A stretch of 64,000 bases of DNA from a virus (IMGVR_UViG_3300037067_015585:170377-234376), one strand, 5' to 3'; positions 21,034 to 31,916 are shown, counted from the stretch's first letter. Notes: generated from the sequence alone by a model not told the origin. Translations and numbers: made by a program.

Positions 21034-22170
21034 TTACGCCCAATTTTCTGGGTGAAAGTACCTTTTTCGGACACCTACGTACGCACTTTGATCTGCACCA
21101 TCATGAAACTGTCCGTTGCCAAGCTTTGACGCTGAAGCGTAATGACTATCCTTCATTGATTTTGGTACTTCGACACGAATGCCATGTCTTACATCTTCGA
21201 CCGCAGCACGAATCGCATCATGTGATGTCTTATCTCGTTTACTAGTAGCAATAAGACATGTTGCTTGTGCTAGGACTAAATCGCATTCTGGACGCCCAAT
21301 TTCGCATGCTGCTACATATGCCGCGTGTGCTACCGCAGTACATATCGGGTTCGAATAAGCATCTTCAGCTGCAGCGACGAGCAACCTGCGTGCTATATAT
21401 CGAGGATCTTCGCCAGATTCTAACCAAGCAGCTAAAGCATAGATTGCTCCATCAGGATCGGACGCTTGAATCGAACCCTGAAACCAGCTAGCATAGTCAT
21501 ACTTGTCATCTTCTGAACGTCTGTAATATTTAGATGGCGCGATTTTCTTAGCGTTCTTTAAATTTATGTCGCAGTCATAATTGTAAATGGCTTCAAGAAT
21601 GGAAACAGCTTTTCTAGCATCACCACAGACAATTCTCGAAATATATAATATCGCATCCTTTTTTATGTTAACAAGATCGTCTGATTGTTTTAAATGCTTC
21701 ACGCATCTGATAATAAGTTTAGTTATATCTATTTCTTTTAGCGGCTCAAGTGTGAATATTTGACAACGAGACAATAATGATGCCCGCAACGTTAAGAACG
21801 GATTGTCAGCAGAAGCACCAATGAAACGCACCTTACTAGTTTCAAGATATGGTAGCAACACATCACTTTGTGTGGCCGTCAAACGATAACAATCATCTAT
21901 AAAGACAATAGTATCCTCTACTGAATCCAAAGTTTTGCGTAATTCTTTGACAGTAAATGTCGTAGCGTTGAACTTATGGACTTTATAAGATTGTTCGATG
22001 ACATTTATTATACTAGTCTTCCCACAGCCAGGCGGACCATATAATACGAAACTGCCAAATTTATTATCGTCTATTATTCTTCTAAAAGCGGCATCTTTAC
22101 CAGTTAGATGCTCTTGTCCTATAATGTCGTCGAAAGTCTTCGGACGCATTCTTATCGTTAATGGTTCCAT
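21034..22170 (-). CDS. rarA: Replication-associated recombination protein RarA/MgsA (AAA+)
   Basis: RMRPKTFDDIIGQEHL, GPPGCGKT, LLSRC, GDAR, GEDPRYIARRL. Confidence 0.92.
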   Translation of the reverse strand: MEPLTIRMRPKTFDDIIGQEHLTGKDAAFRRIIDDNKFGSFVLYGPPGCGKTSIINVIEQSYKVHKFNATTFTVKELRKTLDSVEDTIVFIDDCYRLTATQSDVLLPYLETSKVRFIGASADNPFLTLRASLLSRCQIFTLEPLKEIDITKLIIRCVKHLKQSDDLVNIKKDAILYISRIVCGDARKAVSILEAIYNYDCDINLKNAKKIAPSKYYRRSEDDKYDYASWFQGSIQASDPDGAIYALAAWLESGEDPRYIARRLLVAAAEDAYSNPICTAVAHAAYVAACEIGRPECDLVLAQATCLIATSKRDKTSHDAIRAAVEDVRHGIRVEVPKSMKDSHYASASKLGNGQFHDGADQSAYVGVRKRYFHPENWA

Positions 22171-22202
22171 ATTGGTTAAATACTGCTCAAATATAATGTA
22201 CT

Positions 22203-22607
22203 ATGAAATTGTCTAGCCTTAATGCACAGCATCCAATCGTCGAAGCTAAGAAAAAACATTGGGGATTCCACCTAATGTTAGATATTGCTGGCTGCAACGA
22301 TGGTATTGAAAACAAGGACGATTTGAAGAAATTTATCAAGAAGCTAGTCAAAGCCATAGATATGAAGGCTGTCGGAGAACCAATCATAAAGTACCTGCTT
22401 CCTGGCGACCCGAAAGAAGGTTACTCCGTCTTACAACTAATTGAAACATCTAGCATAACATTCCATTTAATCAACAAAACAAAAACCGCATATTTAGATG
22501 TATTCTCTTGTAAAGATTTCGACCAAGACGTAGTTGTAGATATGGTCAAAGAGACGTTCGGTGCGAAACATATCAAGAAACAATTCCGCTACCGAGATGC
22601 TGAATAA
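22203..22607 (+). CDS. speD: S-adenosylmethionine decarboxylase proenzyme-like
   Basis: WGFHLMLD, LIETSSITFH, YLDVFSCKDF. Confidence 0.85.
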   Translation: MKLSSLNAQHPIVEAKKKHWGFHLMLDIAGCNDGIENKDDLKKFIKKLVKAIDMKAVGEPIIKYLLPGDPKEGYSVLQLIETSSITFHLINKTKTAYLDVFSCKDFDQDVVVDMVKETFGAKHIKKQFRYRDAE

Positions 22608-22609
22608 AT
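22546..22609 (+). repeat. Direct repeat copy 1 (3' end of speD)
   Basis: TCAAAGAGACGTTCGGTGCGAA...CGAGATGCTGAATAAAT, repeated at 23934-23993. Confidence 0.85.
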
Positions 22610-22613
22610 TGCT

Positions 22614-23933
22614 ATGAAACTATTCTTGCTTTGTGAAGATGCTGCACTGAAGATACCTTTCTTAGCTAATAAATATAAATTACCTGAAAACCAAATACAA
22701 AAGCTGCTTGAATTCGATCCAACACCAAACAAGAAATTTCTTGATTGGATCTGCAAACAATACAACAAGAAAAATATCTCTCCAGACGATAAAGACAAAA
22801 TAAACAAACAACTAGGACAATTTGAAAACATCAAGAACAAACAAGAGTTTAAATTACACCACCAAACAGATATAAACAAATACGATCCTGCTAAGTTGTA
22901 TGATGTATTATCTGGATATGGACAAGAATCTGGCAGACACGAAAAGAAAGTAGGAAGAGCAGGGGGTGTAGTACTTCCAGTCGGATCTGAGTTGGTGCTT
23001 GATGAGCTACCATTTAAAGCGGTAAAGATAACAGATCCGAAAGCATCCGAAATATTATGCAGCGGAACTAATTGGTGTACTGCGAACGCAAGAACAGCTA
23101 ATAAATATTTAAAAGACGGCCCATTATATTTAATTTATAAAGATGATAAGCGTATATGCCTAATACATTATGAATCAGATCAATTTAAAGAACCAAACGA
23201 TAGTGAAGTTAATCAAGCCACAAAATTCAAGTTAGTAGATTTATTATCTGATGTTACTGGCATAACAAAAGAGAATGACGCACAACTTGCATATCGTTAT
23301 GCAAGCGATGTCGCAAAAGGGCGTTTCCCAGAAGGAGAAGCGGCAATAGCAAGTAATCCAAGTGCTGCCTTTAATTACGCTAAATATTTTGTTAAAGGGC
23401 GATGGCCAGAAGGTGAGGCAGCAATAGCAGGAGAAGCAAGAGAATCATATCACTATGCTAAAGACATCATTAACGGGCGATGGCCAGAAGGCGAGGCAGC
23501 AATTGTAGATGATCCAAATATTGCTTATTTATATGCCGCATCTGTTATCGGTAACAGATGGCCAGAAAGCGAAAAGACGATAGCAAGAAGCTCTGAATAT
23601 TCATATTTATATGCTAAAGACGTTATTCACGGACGCTTTCCTGAAGGCGAGAAAGCAATAGCAAGAGGAGCAAAACAAGCATATTATTATGCAAGAGATA
23701 TTATTAAAGGGCGATTTCAAGAAGGCGAAAAAGCAATATCAAAAAATCCAGCACGTTCATATCAATATGCTAAAGACGTTATTAAGGGCAAATGGCCAGA
23801 AGGAGAAGCAGCGATACTTAAAGATAATAATCGCATAGTGCAATACATCAAACGTGTTATAAAGGGTCGATGGCCAGAGGGTGAAAAGATATTAAATGAT
23901 TCTCCATTTTACCGTGATCAGTGGATGTGGTGA
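22614..23933 (+). CDS. Protein with N-terminal DPT/WCT domain and about nine ~25-aa tandem repeats
   Basis: Repeated YAKDVIKGRWPEGEAAIA-type units. Confidence 0.8.
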   Translation: MKLFLLCEDAALKIPFLANKYKLPENQIQKLLEFDPTPNKKFLDWICKQYNKKNISPDDKDKINKQLGQFENIKNKQEFKLHHQTDINKYDPAKLYDVLSGYGQESGRHEKKVGRAGGVVLPVGSELVLDELPFKAVKITDPKASEILCSGTNWCTANARTANKYLKDGPLYLIYKDDKRICLIHYESDQFKEPNDSEVNQATKFKLVDLLSDVTGITKENDAQLAYRYASDVAKGRFPEGEAAIASNPSAAFNYAKYFVKGRWPEGEAAIAGEARESYHYAKDIINGRWPEGEAAIVDDPNIAYLYAASVIGNRWPESEKTIARSSEYSYLYAKDVIHGRFPEGEKAIARGAKQAYYYARDIIKGRFQEGEKAISKNPARSYQYAKDVIKGKWPEGEAAILKDNNRIVQYIKRVIKGRWPEGEKILNDSPFYRDQWMW

Positions 23934-23993
23934 TCAAAGAGACGTTCGGTGCGAAGCATATCAATAATTCCGTTATCGAGATGCTGAATAAAT
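23934..23993 (+). repeat. Direct repeat copy 2 (degenerate speD 3' end)
   Basis: Matches 22546-22609 with a small deletion and a few substitutions. Confidence 0.85.
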
Positions 23994-24633
23994 GAACTTT
24001 GGGATAGTCATAGGTACCTTCGGATCTCCAGCATATATATCATTGCAACTAGAGAGTATCAAAAGATTTACTCCGAATACTAATGTTCTTCTGCATGACG
24101 ATTGCAGTAATAACCCTAGATTGAAACTTATCGCAGAACATTATAATATCGATTTCACTAGTACCTCGCAGCATTTGCAGCATCGCAATGGAGATGCGCG
24201 TGTTTTTGCTGCAGGCTTACGATGGGCACAACAAAATAAACTAGATTATCTTGTGAAGATTAGCAGGAGGTTTATCCCAGTTAAAAACTGGGTGTCTAGC
24301 TTTTGTGAAGGCTTTGGACATATGACCATCGCCAAAATAAACGAAATGCCTCAGATTCAAACGCAGTTCATAGGCTTAGAAGTATCGAAATGGTTACCAT
24401 TACTTTCCACCTTTGATAGCTATAACGCAAATCCAACGATGGAACGTCTCATTGGTGCACTTTCTACTGACACAGTTGCTTGGAATTTTCTTGCCGACTC
24501 TGGATTTCAGAACAACGGAAATTATCTTTGGTGGCCGTTTACGACACCAGCACAGTATTGCAAACAGGCACACATTTGGAATCTAGATTGTAGTGTTCAA
24601 GATTTTAAGTTGAATAGTCATGGCGCTTCATAA
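23992..24633 (+). CDS. GT-A fold glycosyltransferase-like protein
   Basis: IVIGTF, LLHDDCS, YLVKI. Confidence 0.55.
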   Translation: MNFGIVIGTFGSPAYISLQLESIKRFTPNTNVLLHDDCSNNPRLKLIAEHYNIDFTSTSQHLQHRNGDARVFAAGLRWAQQNKLDYLVKISRRFIPVKNWVSSFCEGFGHMTIAKINEMPQIQTQFIGLEVSKWLPLLSTFDSYNANPTMERLIGALSTDTVAWNFLADSGFQNNGNYLWWPFTTPAQYCKQAHIWNLDCSVQDFKLNSHGAS

Positions 24634-25031
24634 GTAACAACTTCTTTATTCTCTCTATATAGAAGAATCCAACCAAATAATCGCGTGGCAAGATATAGCG
24701 GATATGTTATTAGCCTAGGAACACCGTCTTCTAAGCATAGCTTTTTGAATGTGCGATCTACAAGAATGCGGTTTGTTGAAGGATCTAAAGCACCAAGCCG
24801 CATTAATTGATATAATGTATCATGAACTAATGATGCTCTTAATAGCATTTTGGGCGTCATCGGAAAGCCAGTGGCACCATCCCATGTATATCCCTGTCTT
24901 ATTGAGAGCTGACCAGATGACAACAACTCCATATACTTATATGTCAAATCATTTGGTGGACATATATCGATTTTGACAACATAGTCGGACATCACCATAT
25001 ACTTATACCATGTCAGTTTTCGATATTCCAT
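24618..25031 (-). CDS. DUF1353-like protein
   Basis: GYTWDGAT, ASLVHDTLY, RLFG. Confidence 0.75.
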   Translation of the reverse strand: MEYRKLTWYKYMVMSDYVVKIDICPPNDLTYKYMELLSSGQLSIRQGYTWDGATGFPMTPKMLLRASLVHDTLYQLMRLGALDPSTNRILVDRTFKKLCLEDGVPRLITYPLYLATRLFGWILLYRENKEVVTYEAP

Positions 25032-25827
25032 AAGCTAATCCAGCAAAATGTTTGATGATTTCTGAATTTGCTCTGACTCTGAGATCGAAATCTGCCTTAC
25101 CGCCAGTTTCTGTTGTAGCGGTAAATGATATTCCAGAGCGGTGCATATAGTCTTCATATGATCCATCTAAAACGTTCAATACAAGACCTTGTTCTTTGAC
25201 GACATCTGTTGGTTTTTGGTCATTTTTAAGTTGCCCTTCCTCACCATTATTAAGAGCACCAACTGTAGCCGATTTTCCAAAGAAGCCAGCGCCAAATGTT
25301 CTCAAACTCTCTGAAAATTTAGATGGCTTATCTGAGTTCTCATATGCGAAGATGTGAAATGTTGTTTTGTCGTTATCTTCATGTAACGATAAGAACCCAT
25401 CGCGAGCTAGATCTTTTAACAAATCGTCATATTGTAATAATATTTTACCTTCATCTGAAACTGGTTTAGAACCGTCAAATCCTCTATTTGGGTCACGCCC
25501 ATCGCGACCCTCACGCTTATTTTTATCGAATCCAACTGGATTAACTAATGGCAAAAACGATATGTTGATTTTCGGCACATAATGTGTCAAGAATTGTAGT
25601 ACTCCAAAAGGTCCTGCCTGCTCATCGCCATGAAACCCAGCGGCAACCAGTAAGTTGGGTCCTGGTTTCTTATTCTTCTGTGTTAACAATATTATTGGCT
25701 TGTCTTTTGGCCCGAGGATTTGTTGTGTATATCCTTTGATTGTTTTCAGACCAGAATAAATCTCATCTGAAGTATGGCTCTTCGATAAAGCATCTTCTAA
25801 TAGATGATTAAAATGTAGCGAATGCAT
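25003..25827 (-). CDS. M14-family metallopeptidase / succinylglutamate desuccinylase-like
   Basis: AGFHGDEQAG, VNPVG, DPNRGF, SLHED, TTET; start taken at MHSL. Confidence 0.85.
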   Translation of the reverse strand: MHSLHFNHLLEDALSKSHTSDEIYSGLKTIKGYTQQILGPKDKPIILLTQKNKKPGPNLLVAAGFHGDEQAGPFGVLQFLTHYVPKINISFLPLVNPVGFDKNKREGRDGRDPNRGFDGSKPVSDEGKILLQYDDLLKDLARDGFLSLHEDNDKTTFHIFAYENSDKPSKFSESLRTFGAGFFGKSATVGALNNGEEGQLKNDQKPTDVVKEQGLVLNVLDGSYEDYMHRSGISFTATTETGGKADFDLRVRANSEIIKHFAGLAYGISKTDMV

Positions 25828-25883
25828 AATATATATTTGGCTAATTATCAAAGATAATACAGACACTAACCAACAGGTGCAAT

Positions 25884-26645
25884 ATGTCAAATAGAAAATT
25901 TGGTAAAAAGCCTCCAAGAAACGACAAAAGAACACTCAAACTAGAAAAGTATATCGACCCAAGCATTATTCCACCACCGTCTGCCGACTGGGCATCAGAT
26001 GTCAGAATCTGGCCAGTAATGAAGAATGACGAAGTGGCTGACTGCACTATGGCTGGTGCTGGCCATTTGATTGAAGGTTGGACGACATATGAAACCAAAA
26101 CCACAGTAATCTTGCCAGATGATGTAATTCTTGATGCATATAAATCTGTAAGCGGCTGGAATGGAGTATTAAATGATGCAAGCGATACTGGGTGTGTATT
26201 GCTTGATGTGTTGAATTATTGGCGTAATGTCGGTATCGGTGGGCACAAAATCGGTGCGTACGCCAAGGTTAGAATATCAGACATGAAACGCACCAGATTG
26301 GGTGTATGGATGTTTGGTGGATTATACACCGGATTTGCATTGCCTGATTATACAAATGGCATTAAGATTGATGAAGCACCAAACTGGATGGGAGTGCCAA
26401 CACAAGACCCCAGAACTTGGAAAAAACAAGACAACGGCCATTGTGTCCCAATTGTATATTATAACGATAAAATAGTGAAGGTTATTAGCTGGGGCGAAGT
26501 CATCGATGTATCATGGCAATTCTATGGTGCATATTGTGATGAAGCTTATGCCATATTATCTCTTGACTGGGATACTGATGGGAAAAGCCCGAGTGGATTT
26601 TCTAAAGAGGTACTACTCGAAGACTTGAAAATTGTGTCTCGCTAG
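25884..26645 (+). CDS. Papain-like (C1-type) cysteine peptidase
   Basis: NDEVADCT, GHCV, ISWG. Confidence 0.7.
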   Translation: MSNRKFGKKPPRNDKRTLKLEKYIDPSIIPPPSADWASDVRIWPVMKNDEVADCTMAGAGHLIEGWTTYETKTTVILPDDVILDAYKSVSGWNGVLNDASDTGCVLLDVLNYWRNVGIGGHKIGAYAKVRISDMKRTRLGVWMFGGLYTGFALPDYTNGIKIDEAPNWMGVPTQDPRTWKKQDNGHCVPIVYYNDKIVKVISWGEVIDVSWQFYGAYCDEAYAILSLDWDTDGKSPSGFSKEVLLEDLKIVSR

Positions 26646-27071
26646 TTATTCTAGCCAGGCTACGCAATCAACAGTTTCACATTTTCCGGCAGTATGTCCA
26701 TTGTAGGCGACATGCGACATGTGCAATTTGCCACCACAAATTGGGCAAATTTCTATGCCCGTCCAGTCTTTTCCCTTATACTTCGTTTTTATTCGATTTA
26801 CCAATGGATCGATTTTCTCCATTCTTTCAATCGATTTATTTATTTCAGATTCTATGCTATCAATATATTCTTCGTCTGGCATCTCACATTTACTACACGA
26901 TGATTTCCAATTATCTCCATTACGAATACATTGGAGATTTTTTGTATTTGGATAAATTACACCAGCCCTGCAAACATCATTCATAATACCATTAAAATGG
27001 ATACATCTGTCTGCGATTTGATCGTGTGATGATTTCATTATCACTCCTGTAATGCAAATAATAAAATACAA
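26646..27071 (-). CDS. Cys-rich hypothetical protein
   Basis: CIHFNG, CPICGG, C-terminal Cys residues. Confidence 0.55.
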   Translation of the reverse strand: MYFIICITGVIMKSSHDQIADRCIHFNGIMNDVCRAGVIYPNTKNLQCIRNGDNWKSSCSKCEMPDEEYIDSIESEINKSIERMEKIDPLVNRIKTKYKGKDWTGIEICPICGGKLHMSHVAYNGHTAGKCETVDCVAWLE

Positions 27072-27096
27072 GGTAATCTAGTATTAAGAGGAGCAA

Positions 27097-27678
27097 ATGC
27101 AGCTAAACGAATTGTCGAGATCGACCAGAAAGATAATAGAATTTCCTGAACGACAGCAGGTTTATCGGTATGATTGCGTATCATGCTGTTTGGTTTGTAT
27201 TCTTGTTGCTGATAATATCGTAGTTGACGAGAGTGAGATTATAAAGATTTCTGGTGCAACAAGTAAGAATGGTACAGATCCAGATGGTGTTTATAAAGTT
27301 TTAAAGCAATATAAAGTACCATACCGAGCCGGTCGCATAACGATACAACAAATTTATGATGCGATCGACAATGACCACCCTGTACTATTGATGCTGCAAG
27401 CATATCGAGATAATCCTAAGACGTCATATCGTGATTGTTGGAACGATGGACATGGTGTTGTTTGTATTGGCTACGACGCAAATAAATTCATATTCGAAGA
27501 TCCAGCCAGCCCGACCAGAACTTGGCTTGATGATGCATCATTGTCGGAAAGATGGCATGACACCAACGCATCTGGTGACAAACTAATTAACTGGGGTTGC
27601 GAGATTCTAAGGAAGCCCAATTTCAAGCCAGGTAGATCTGTTCCAATGGAATCGAGAGGAATCCATGCGATTATATAA
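27097..27678 (+). CDS. C39-family cysteine peptidase
   Basis: QVYRYDC, GT, GHGVVCIGYD, EDP. Confidence 0.8.
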   Translation: MQLNELSRSTRKIIEFPERQQVYRYDCVSCCLVCILVADNIVVDESEIIKISGATSKNGTDPDGVYKVLKQYKVPYRAGRITIQQIYDAIDNDHPVLLMLQAYRDNPKTSYRDCWNDGHGVVCIGYDANKFIFEDPASPTRTWLDDASLSERWHDTNASGDKLINWGCEILRKPNFKPGRSVPMESRGIHAII

Positions 27679-28081
27679 GCTATCTGGGATACTCTCTGAG
27701 TCTATTAGAAATCTTGAAGTATTCCATGGCGGCTCTTCTTCAAAGGGGAAAATAGTAACCTATTACACAACATCCATAGAAATGGCAAAGAGCTATGCAG
27801 AAATGCATAATGACCGCTTTGGCTCCGGCAGCATACACAAATCAGCGATAACTATTAACAATCCAGCACCGACGAATATAGTAGATTTAGAGGCAAAGAA
27901 AATTGGAATCGATAATGAACATTATACGCCAGCCAGCGTTTTCGATCACAATCTTCACGGAGAGAAAGAAATAATAACCTTAGTCAGATCACTAAAGAAG
28001 CTTGGGTATGACGGTGCAGTATTAGAAGATATTGGCTACGGCGTTGAAGCTGCAGGCAAAGTTTACATAGTATTCACTTAA
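27665..28081 (+). CDS. ADP-ribosyltransferase-like protein
   Basis: VFHGG, YYTTSIEMAKSYA, GYDGAV, YIVF. Confidence 0.5.
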   Translation: MRLYKLSGILSESIRNLEVFHGGSSSKGKIVTYYTTSIEMAKSYAEMHNDRFGSGSIHKSAITINNPAPTNIVDLEAKKIGIDNEHYTPASVFDHNLHGEKEIITLVRSLKKLGYDGAVLEDIGYGVEAAGKVYIVFT

Positions 28082-28134
28082 TAGCTACTTTTCTTCGTGC
28101 TATAATCAATAAGACAGTGTATTTCATAGATATT

Positions 28135-28662
28135 ATGAATACACCAAGTCAAAAGCAAATCGAAGAACAAAGTTGGGATGCTTGTCTTGCAGGTGATTAT
28201 GTCACCGTCCAGGATCAGATCTATGCTTTGCGTGCTAAGATGATACGCGACTACGCTGCTGCACACAAGGCGGGAGTAGAGCCAGTAGCACAAGAGTCGG
28301 AGGCATGGGCAATAATGACGTCGTTTTTAGACGGCAAACAAAACCCAGAGATGAAAAAAGCTATCAGTGATGAATCGATGGTTAATATTGATGGATTAAT
28401 ATTGCAAGAAGCCATCCAAAATGTTCTAATAGAACCATTACGAGATGAAATAAAGAGGCTACAGAAAGCATTAGATGTAGCTAATAGATACAAACAAGCA
28501 ATAGAGCTAATAGAAAAAGGACCAGTATCGTCAGTTTCCGCACTCGAATTTGGCGGACATAATATAACAATAAGATTAAATAACATGTTCATGTCAATGG
28601 AGTATAACGGTACCCCGTTGGTTGATTCAATAATATCAGCTTCTAAGTCCAGTATGAGTTAA
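28135..28662 (+). CDS. Hypothetical protein
   Basis: Preceded by both promoter motif classes. Confidence 0.55.
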   Translation: MNTPSQKQIEEQSWDACLAGDYVTVQDQIYALRAKMIRDYAAAHKAGVEPVAQESEAWAIMTSFLDGKQNPEMKKAISDESMVNIDGLILQEAIQNVLIEPLRDEIKRLQKALDVANRYKQAIELIEKGPVSSVSALEFGGHNITIRLNNMFMSMEYNGTPLVDSIISASKSSMS

Positions 28663-28681
28663 GTTCGTTCCCAGGTGATAT

Positions 28682-29164
28682 ATGTATGATTGTAGTGAAT
28701 TCGGTTTATATTCAGGTCAGCCAGTTAATAAGAAGCTTCTCGTTCTAGGTAAATCGGCGGCGAGTGAGTTTACCTACAGCAAACCGTGGGCTTGTATATC
28801 GATTGGCACAGAAGTTGGTGATTGGCCCAAAATCAACAAATGCCAGCTGGTTGATCTTCTACAAGTAGCTTTCTATGATCTCGACAAAATGCCATCAGAG
28901 CAGTTCCTTAATTCTCACGACAAATCCAAAATAGTCTTATTTAGTGAGAATCACGCTCAGCAAATATGGAAATTTGTTGAATCTGTCTGGGATAAAGTCG
29001 ATTTGTTAATGGTGCACTGCCTAGCTGGTGCATGTAGATCTCCTGCCGTCGCTGCGGCCATCGCCAAGATTAAATATGGCGATGATCAGTTCTATTTTGA
29101 CAATTATATGCCAAATATGCTCGTGTTCAGAACTATGTTAGCGTGTGCTACGAAAGGTGAATAA
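28682..29164 (+). CDS. Protein-tyrosine/dual-specificity phosphatase-like
   Basis: VHCLAGACRS (CX5R), PN motif. Confidence 0.85.
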   Translation: MYDCSEFGLYSGQPVNKKLLVLGKSAASEFTYSKPWACISIGTEVGDWPKINKCQLVDLLQVAFYDLDKMPSEQFLNSHDKSKIVLFSENHAQQIWKFVESVWDKVDLLMVHCLAGACRSPAVAAAIAKIKYGDDQFYFDNYMPNMLVFRTMLACATKGE

Positions 29165-29453
29165 TGGACGATATTGGTGAAGATTGGCGCAACGAACAGA
29201 TAACGAAAGAAGATCTAACACCTGGTACTCTCGAGCATCCAAAGGAGTTTGGTATTTGGGATATAGAAAACCAAACCTGGATGGGAACTACCGAGTGTGC
29301 GTTTACTTTCAGTAAGCGTGTTGTGGCACAGGCGATGGCGCAGGTGCTAGCTATAAGAATTGAGGTGCCAGAAACACAGATGCGTGTCATACCTTTTACT
29401 AGTGCCAATGTTAGAGTTGAAGATATCAATCCAACAATATCGTTTGAGCAAGC

Positions 29454-30257
29454 GTGGAAGAAAGTTGCTGGCGAAGAATGTTAGATAATATCATACCATA
29501 TAAAAAAGAAAATGTCGCAACCGACCAACCATGGCTTATTGAAGCTGATTCTGAACTGATCGACAAGTTTGACGATTTCATTATAACACCAGATACTGAT
29601 CCGTGCATTGTGTCAGATTTGAAAATCAGGGCGGATGAGGGCGATCAATACGCTTTCCAGCAGCTTTATCCTTTCCCGCATTTTATATTGACCGAAGACT
29701 ACAGAATCGTTCAAGAGCCTAACTTTTATCGATGGGGTATCTTTTTGGAAAGATGCAAACATCGGATAATCGACAGAACAGATATATGTTCTGGAATGCC
29801 GCAAGAAACAGTTACTTTCAATAGACATTATCCTATAAGAGATCGAGACATACCGCTATGTAAAATCCAGGAAACACACGTTTCGACAGTGTTTATTGGT
29901 GCTATGGAGAATGAACTGTTTGAGACAATGATTTTTGGTGGGCCATTACACCAAAATTTTTGGCGTCATAGTACCATATTGGACGCCAAAACTCGGCACT
30001 GGAAAGCGGTTAATTTAGCACACGAAGCCAAGCGATATATTAAAAAGCACGGAAGGTCCTATAAAAAGAATTGGCTGAGGTTAAAGAGAGTCTACAAGCA
30101 AATGGATTCACGAAATCTCAATTGGGTCAATAAACACTCAGCTATGATCGAATCTTTGTTCGATAGGCTTAATCGAACACCAGGGCCTCTACCATTCCCA
30201 CAACCAAACATCATGTGCGATATAGCACAAATGATCACACCAAGGGAGCCGTTATAA
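29454..30257 (+). CDS. Hypothetical phage protein
   Basis: VSTVFIG...FETMIFGG motif; true start probably downstream of the called one. Confidence 0.55.
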   Translation: MEESCWRRMLDNIIPYKKENVATDQPWLIEADSELIDKFDDFIITPDTDPCIVSDLKIRADEGDQYAFQQLYPFPHFILTEDYRIVQEPNFYRWGIFLERCKHRIIDRTDICSGMPQETVTFNRHYPIRDRDIPLCKIQETHVSTVFIGAMENELFETMIFGGPLHQNFWRHSTILDAKTRHWKAVNLAHEAKRYIKKHGRSYKKNWLRLKRVYKQMDSRNLNWVNKHSAMIESLFDRLNRTPGPLPFPQPNIMCDIAQMITPREPL

Positions 30258-30557
30258 TGTTTGAAGTCACATTCACATATGGAGAGGGTTTGGTTACTCG
30301 TAATAGTAAGTGTGGTCCTGTTAGCACGCAAGAGGCAGCAGAAAGTTTGTTGATGGTTGTGATAGCTAAGCCTAATGTAACAAAGGCAGAAATTGTTAAT
30401 GACCACCCAAAAGATAAAATGCCAACGCTACGCACAAACTTTTTGCATGCCCACGATCACACGCCACCAAATGAAGACCATGAACACGTTATTGTAGATC
30501 GCGCAGACTGGGAAGAGGCGATGCGAATTTTATTTCAAGGAAAGGAACCACCTGTAG

Positions 30558-31166
30558 TTGATGCACCACTTCACGGCTGATCTACATATCGATCACAAAA
30601 GCATATTAAAGCATACGCCAGAGCGGGCTAAAGCTTTTGCAAGTCTTGATGAAATGAATGATCATTTCATCAATGAGATCAACCGTGTAGTAAAGCCAAA
30701 TGACGAATTGCATGTTATTGGCGATGTGTTTTGGAATGCACAGCGATATGGATATTATCGCTCGAAGATTAAAGTTAGAAAACTACATATCATTTGCGGC
30801 AACCATGATAGCAACTCTTTATCTGCGTATGTATCGTCTTTTAAAGAGATTAGCTACGTCAAAATCGATGGCATCAGGTTTCATTTACTTCATTTTCCGA
30901 TGTTCTCTTGGAGAGGTCGAGAGAAGGCCAAGTCGATCCACTTATATGGCCATTCTCACGGTAGAAGCGAAGATTTCTTGAATCTACATTTTCCAGGACG
31001 CAGAGCAATGGATGTGGGTATTGACAATGCTTTTAGACTATTAGGCGAATGGCGACCGTTTTCGCTCGACGAGATTTTACAAATATTAAAAATTGAACGT
31101 TGCCCGTCGTGTGGATGGATAGATCCAAGACACAAAAAACTATGTCCTATATGTAAGGGTGCATAA
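30558..31166 (+). CDS. Calcineurin-like metallophosphoesterase
   Basis: ADLH, GD, GNHD, HFP, GHSH, DVGID. Confidence 0.9.
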   Translation: MMHHFTADLHIDHKSILKHTPERAKAFASLDEMNDHFINEINRVVKPNDELHVIGDVFWNAQRYGYYRSKIKVRKLHIICGNHDSNSLSAYVSSFKEISYVKIDGIRFHLLHFPMFSWRGREKAKSIHLYGHSHGRSEDFLNLHFPGRRAMDVGIDNAFRLLGEWRPFSLDEILQILKIERCPSCGWIDPRHKKLCPICKGA

Positions 31167-31550
31167 TGGAAAAGCAAAGAGCGTTCAGAATTGCGACTAC
31201 TCTGCTCGACGCATTCAAAAATTGCGGTGAGTTTGAAGGTTGTCTAGAGGATGAATTCATTACGATCGATGAATTTGATGAAGCACTTGACATACTAATC
31301 AAAGAAGCAAACGAGTCATAATGTTTAATTTCCTCTCTAATTTATGTAAACCAAAGCTTAAGATATACGCCATTTACGAAGCTGGCGGAATTTGGAGTAA
31401 AGTGGTGGTGTATAAAAAACCACGAGTAATAGTCGGTGATTATCTCGTCGGTCCATTCAGATCAGAAGTTGATTGTGAAGAATTTTGTGATCGTGAAAAT
31501 AGTACATGTTGCAGACATCCAACCGTGCAATTTTATAACGCACAAAGACA

Positions 31551-31916
31551 ATGAGTACGAAAATCGGATCGAGAGTTGGTGCTGTTTGTTCTGCTGACAA
31601 GGACACAGTGCGTCTATATGGATATGGTGTATATGAGGGCGACTTTATACGGCCAGACGACACACGAACACCGTTTGGTACCATAACAGAGGTCCAGAAG
31701 GCGTTCATAGAATATCATAAATATCCAGAGGGCACAACAGCCGATCAGATCTCAGAAGAACACAAGAAAGCATTAAACTCTCTGCTATCAAATCCGAGAA
31801 TCCGACTTGACAACGGCGACGTTGTTTGGGGTTGTCAGTGCTGGTGGGGGTCGGTCGATCGCGTAAAAGGAATGATAGGAGACAGGAAGGTCGAGATAGT
31901 CCCAGTTGAAAAATAA
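31551..31916 (+). CDS. Hypothetical phage protein
   Basis: GYGVYEGD...NPRIRLDNG..VWGCQCWW. Confidence 0.6.
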   Translation: MSTKIGSRVGAVCSADKDTVRLYGYGVYEGDFIRPDDTRTPFGTITEVQKAFIEYHKYPEGTTADQISEEHKKALNSLLSNPRIRLDNGDVVWGCQCWWGSVDRVKGMIGDRKVEIVPVEK

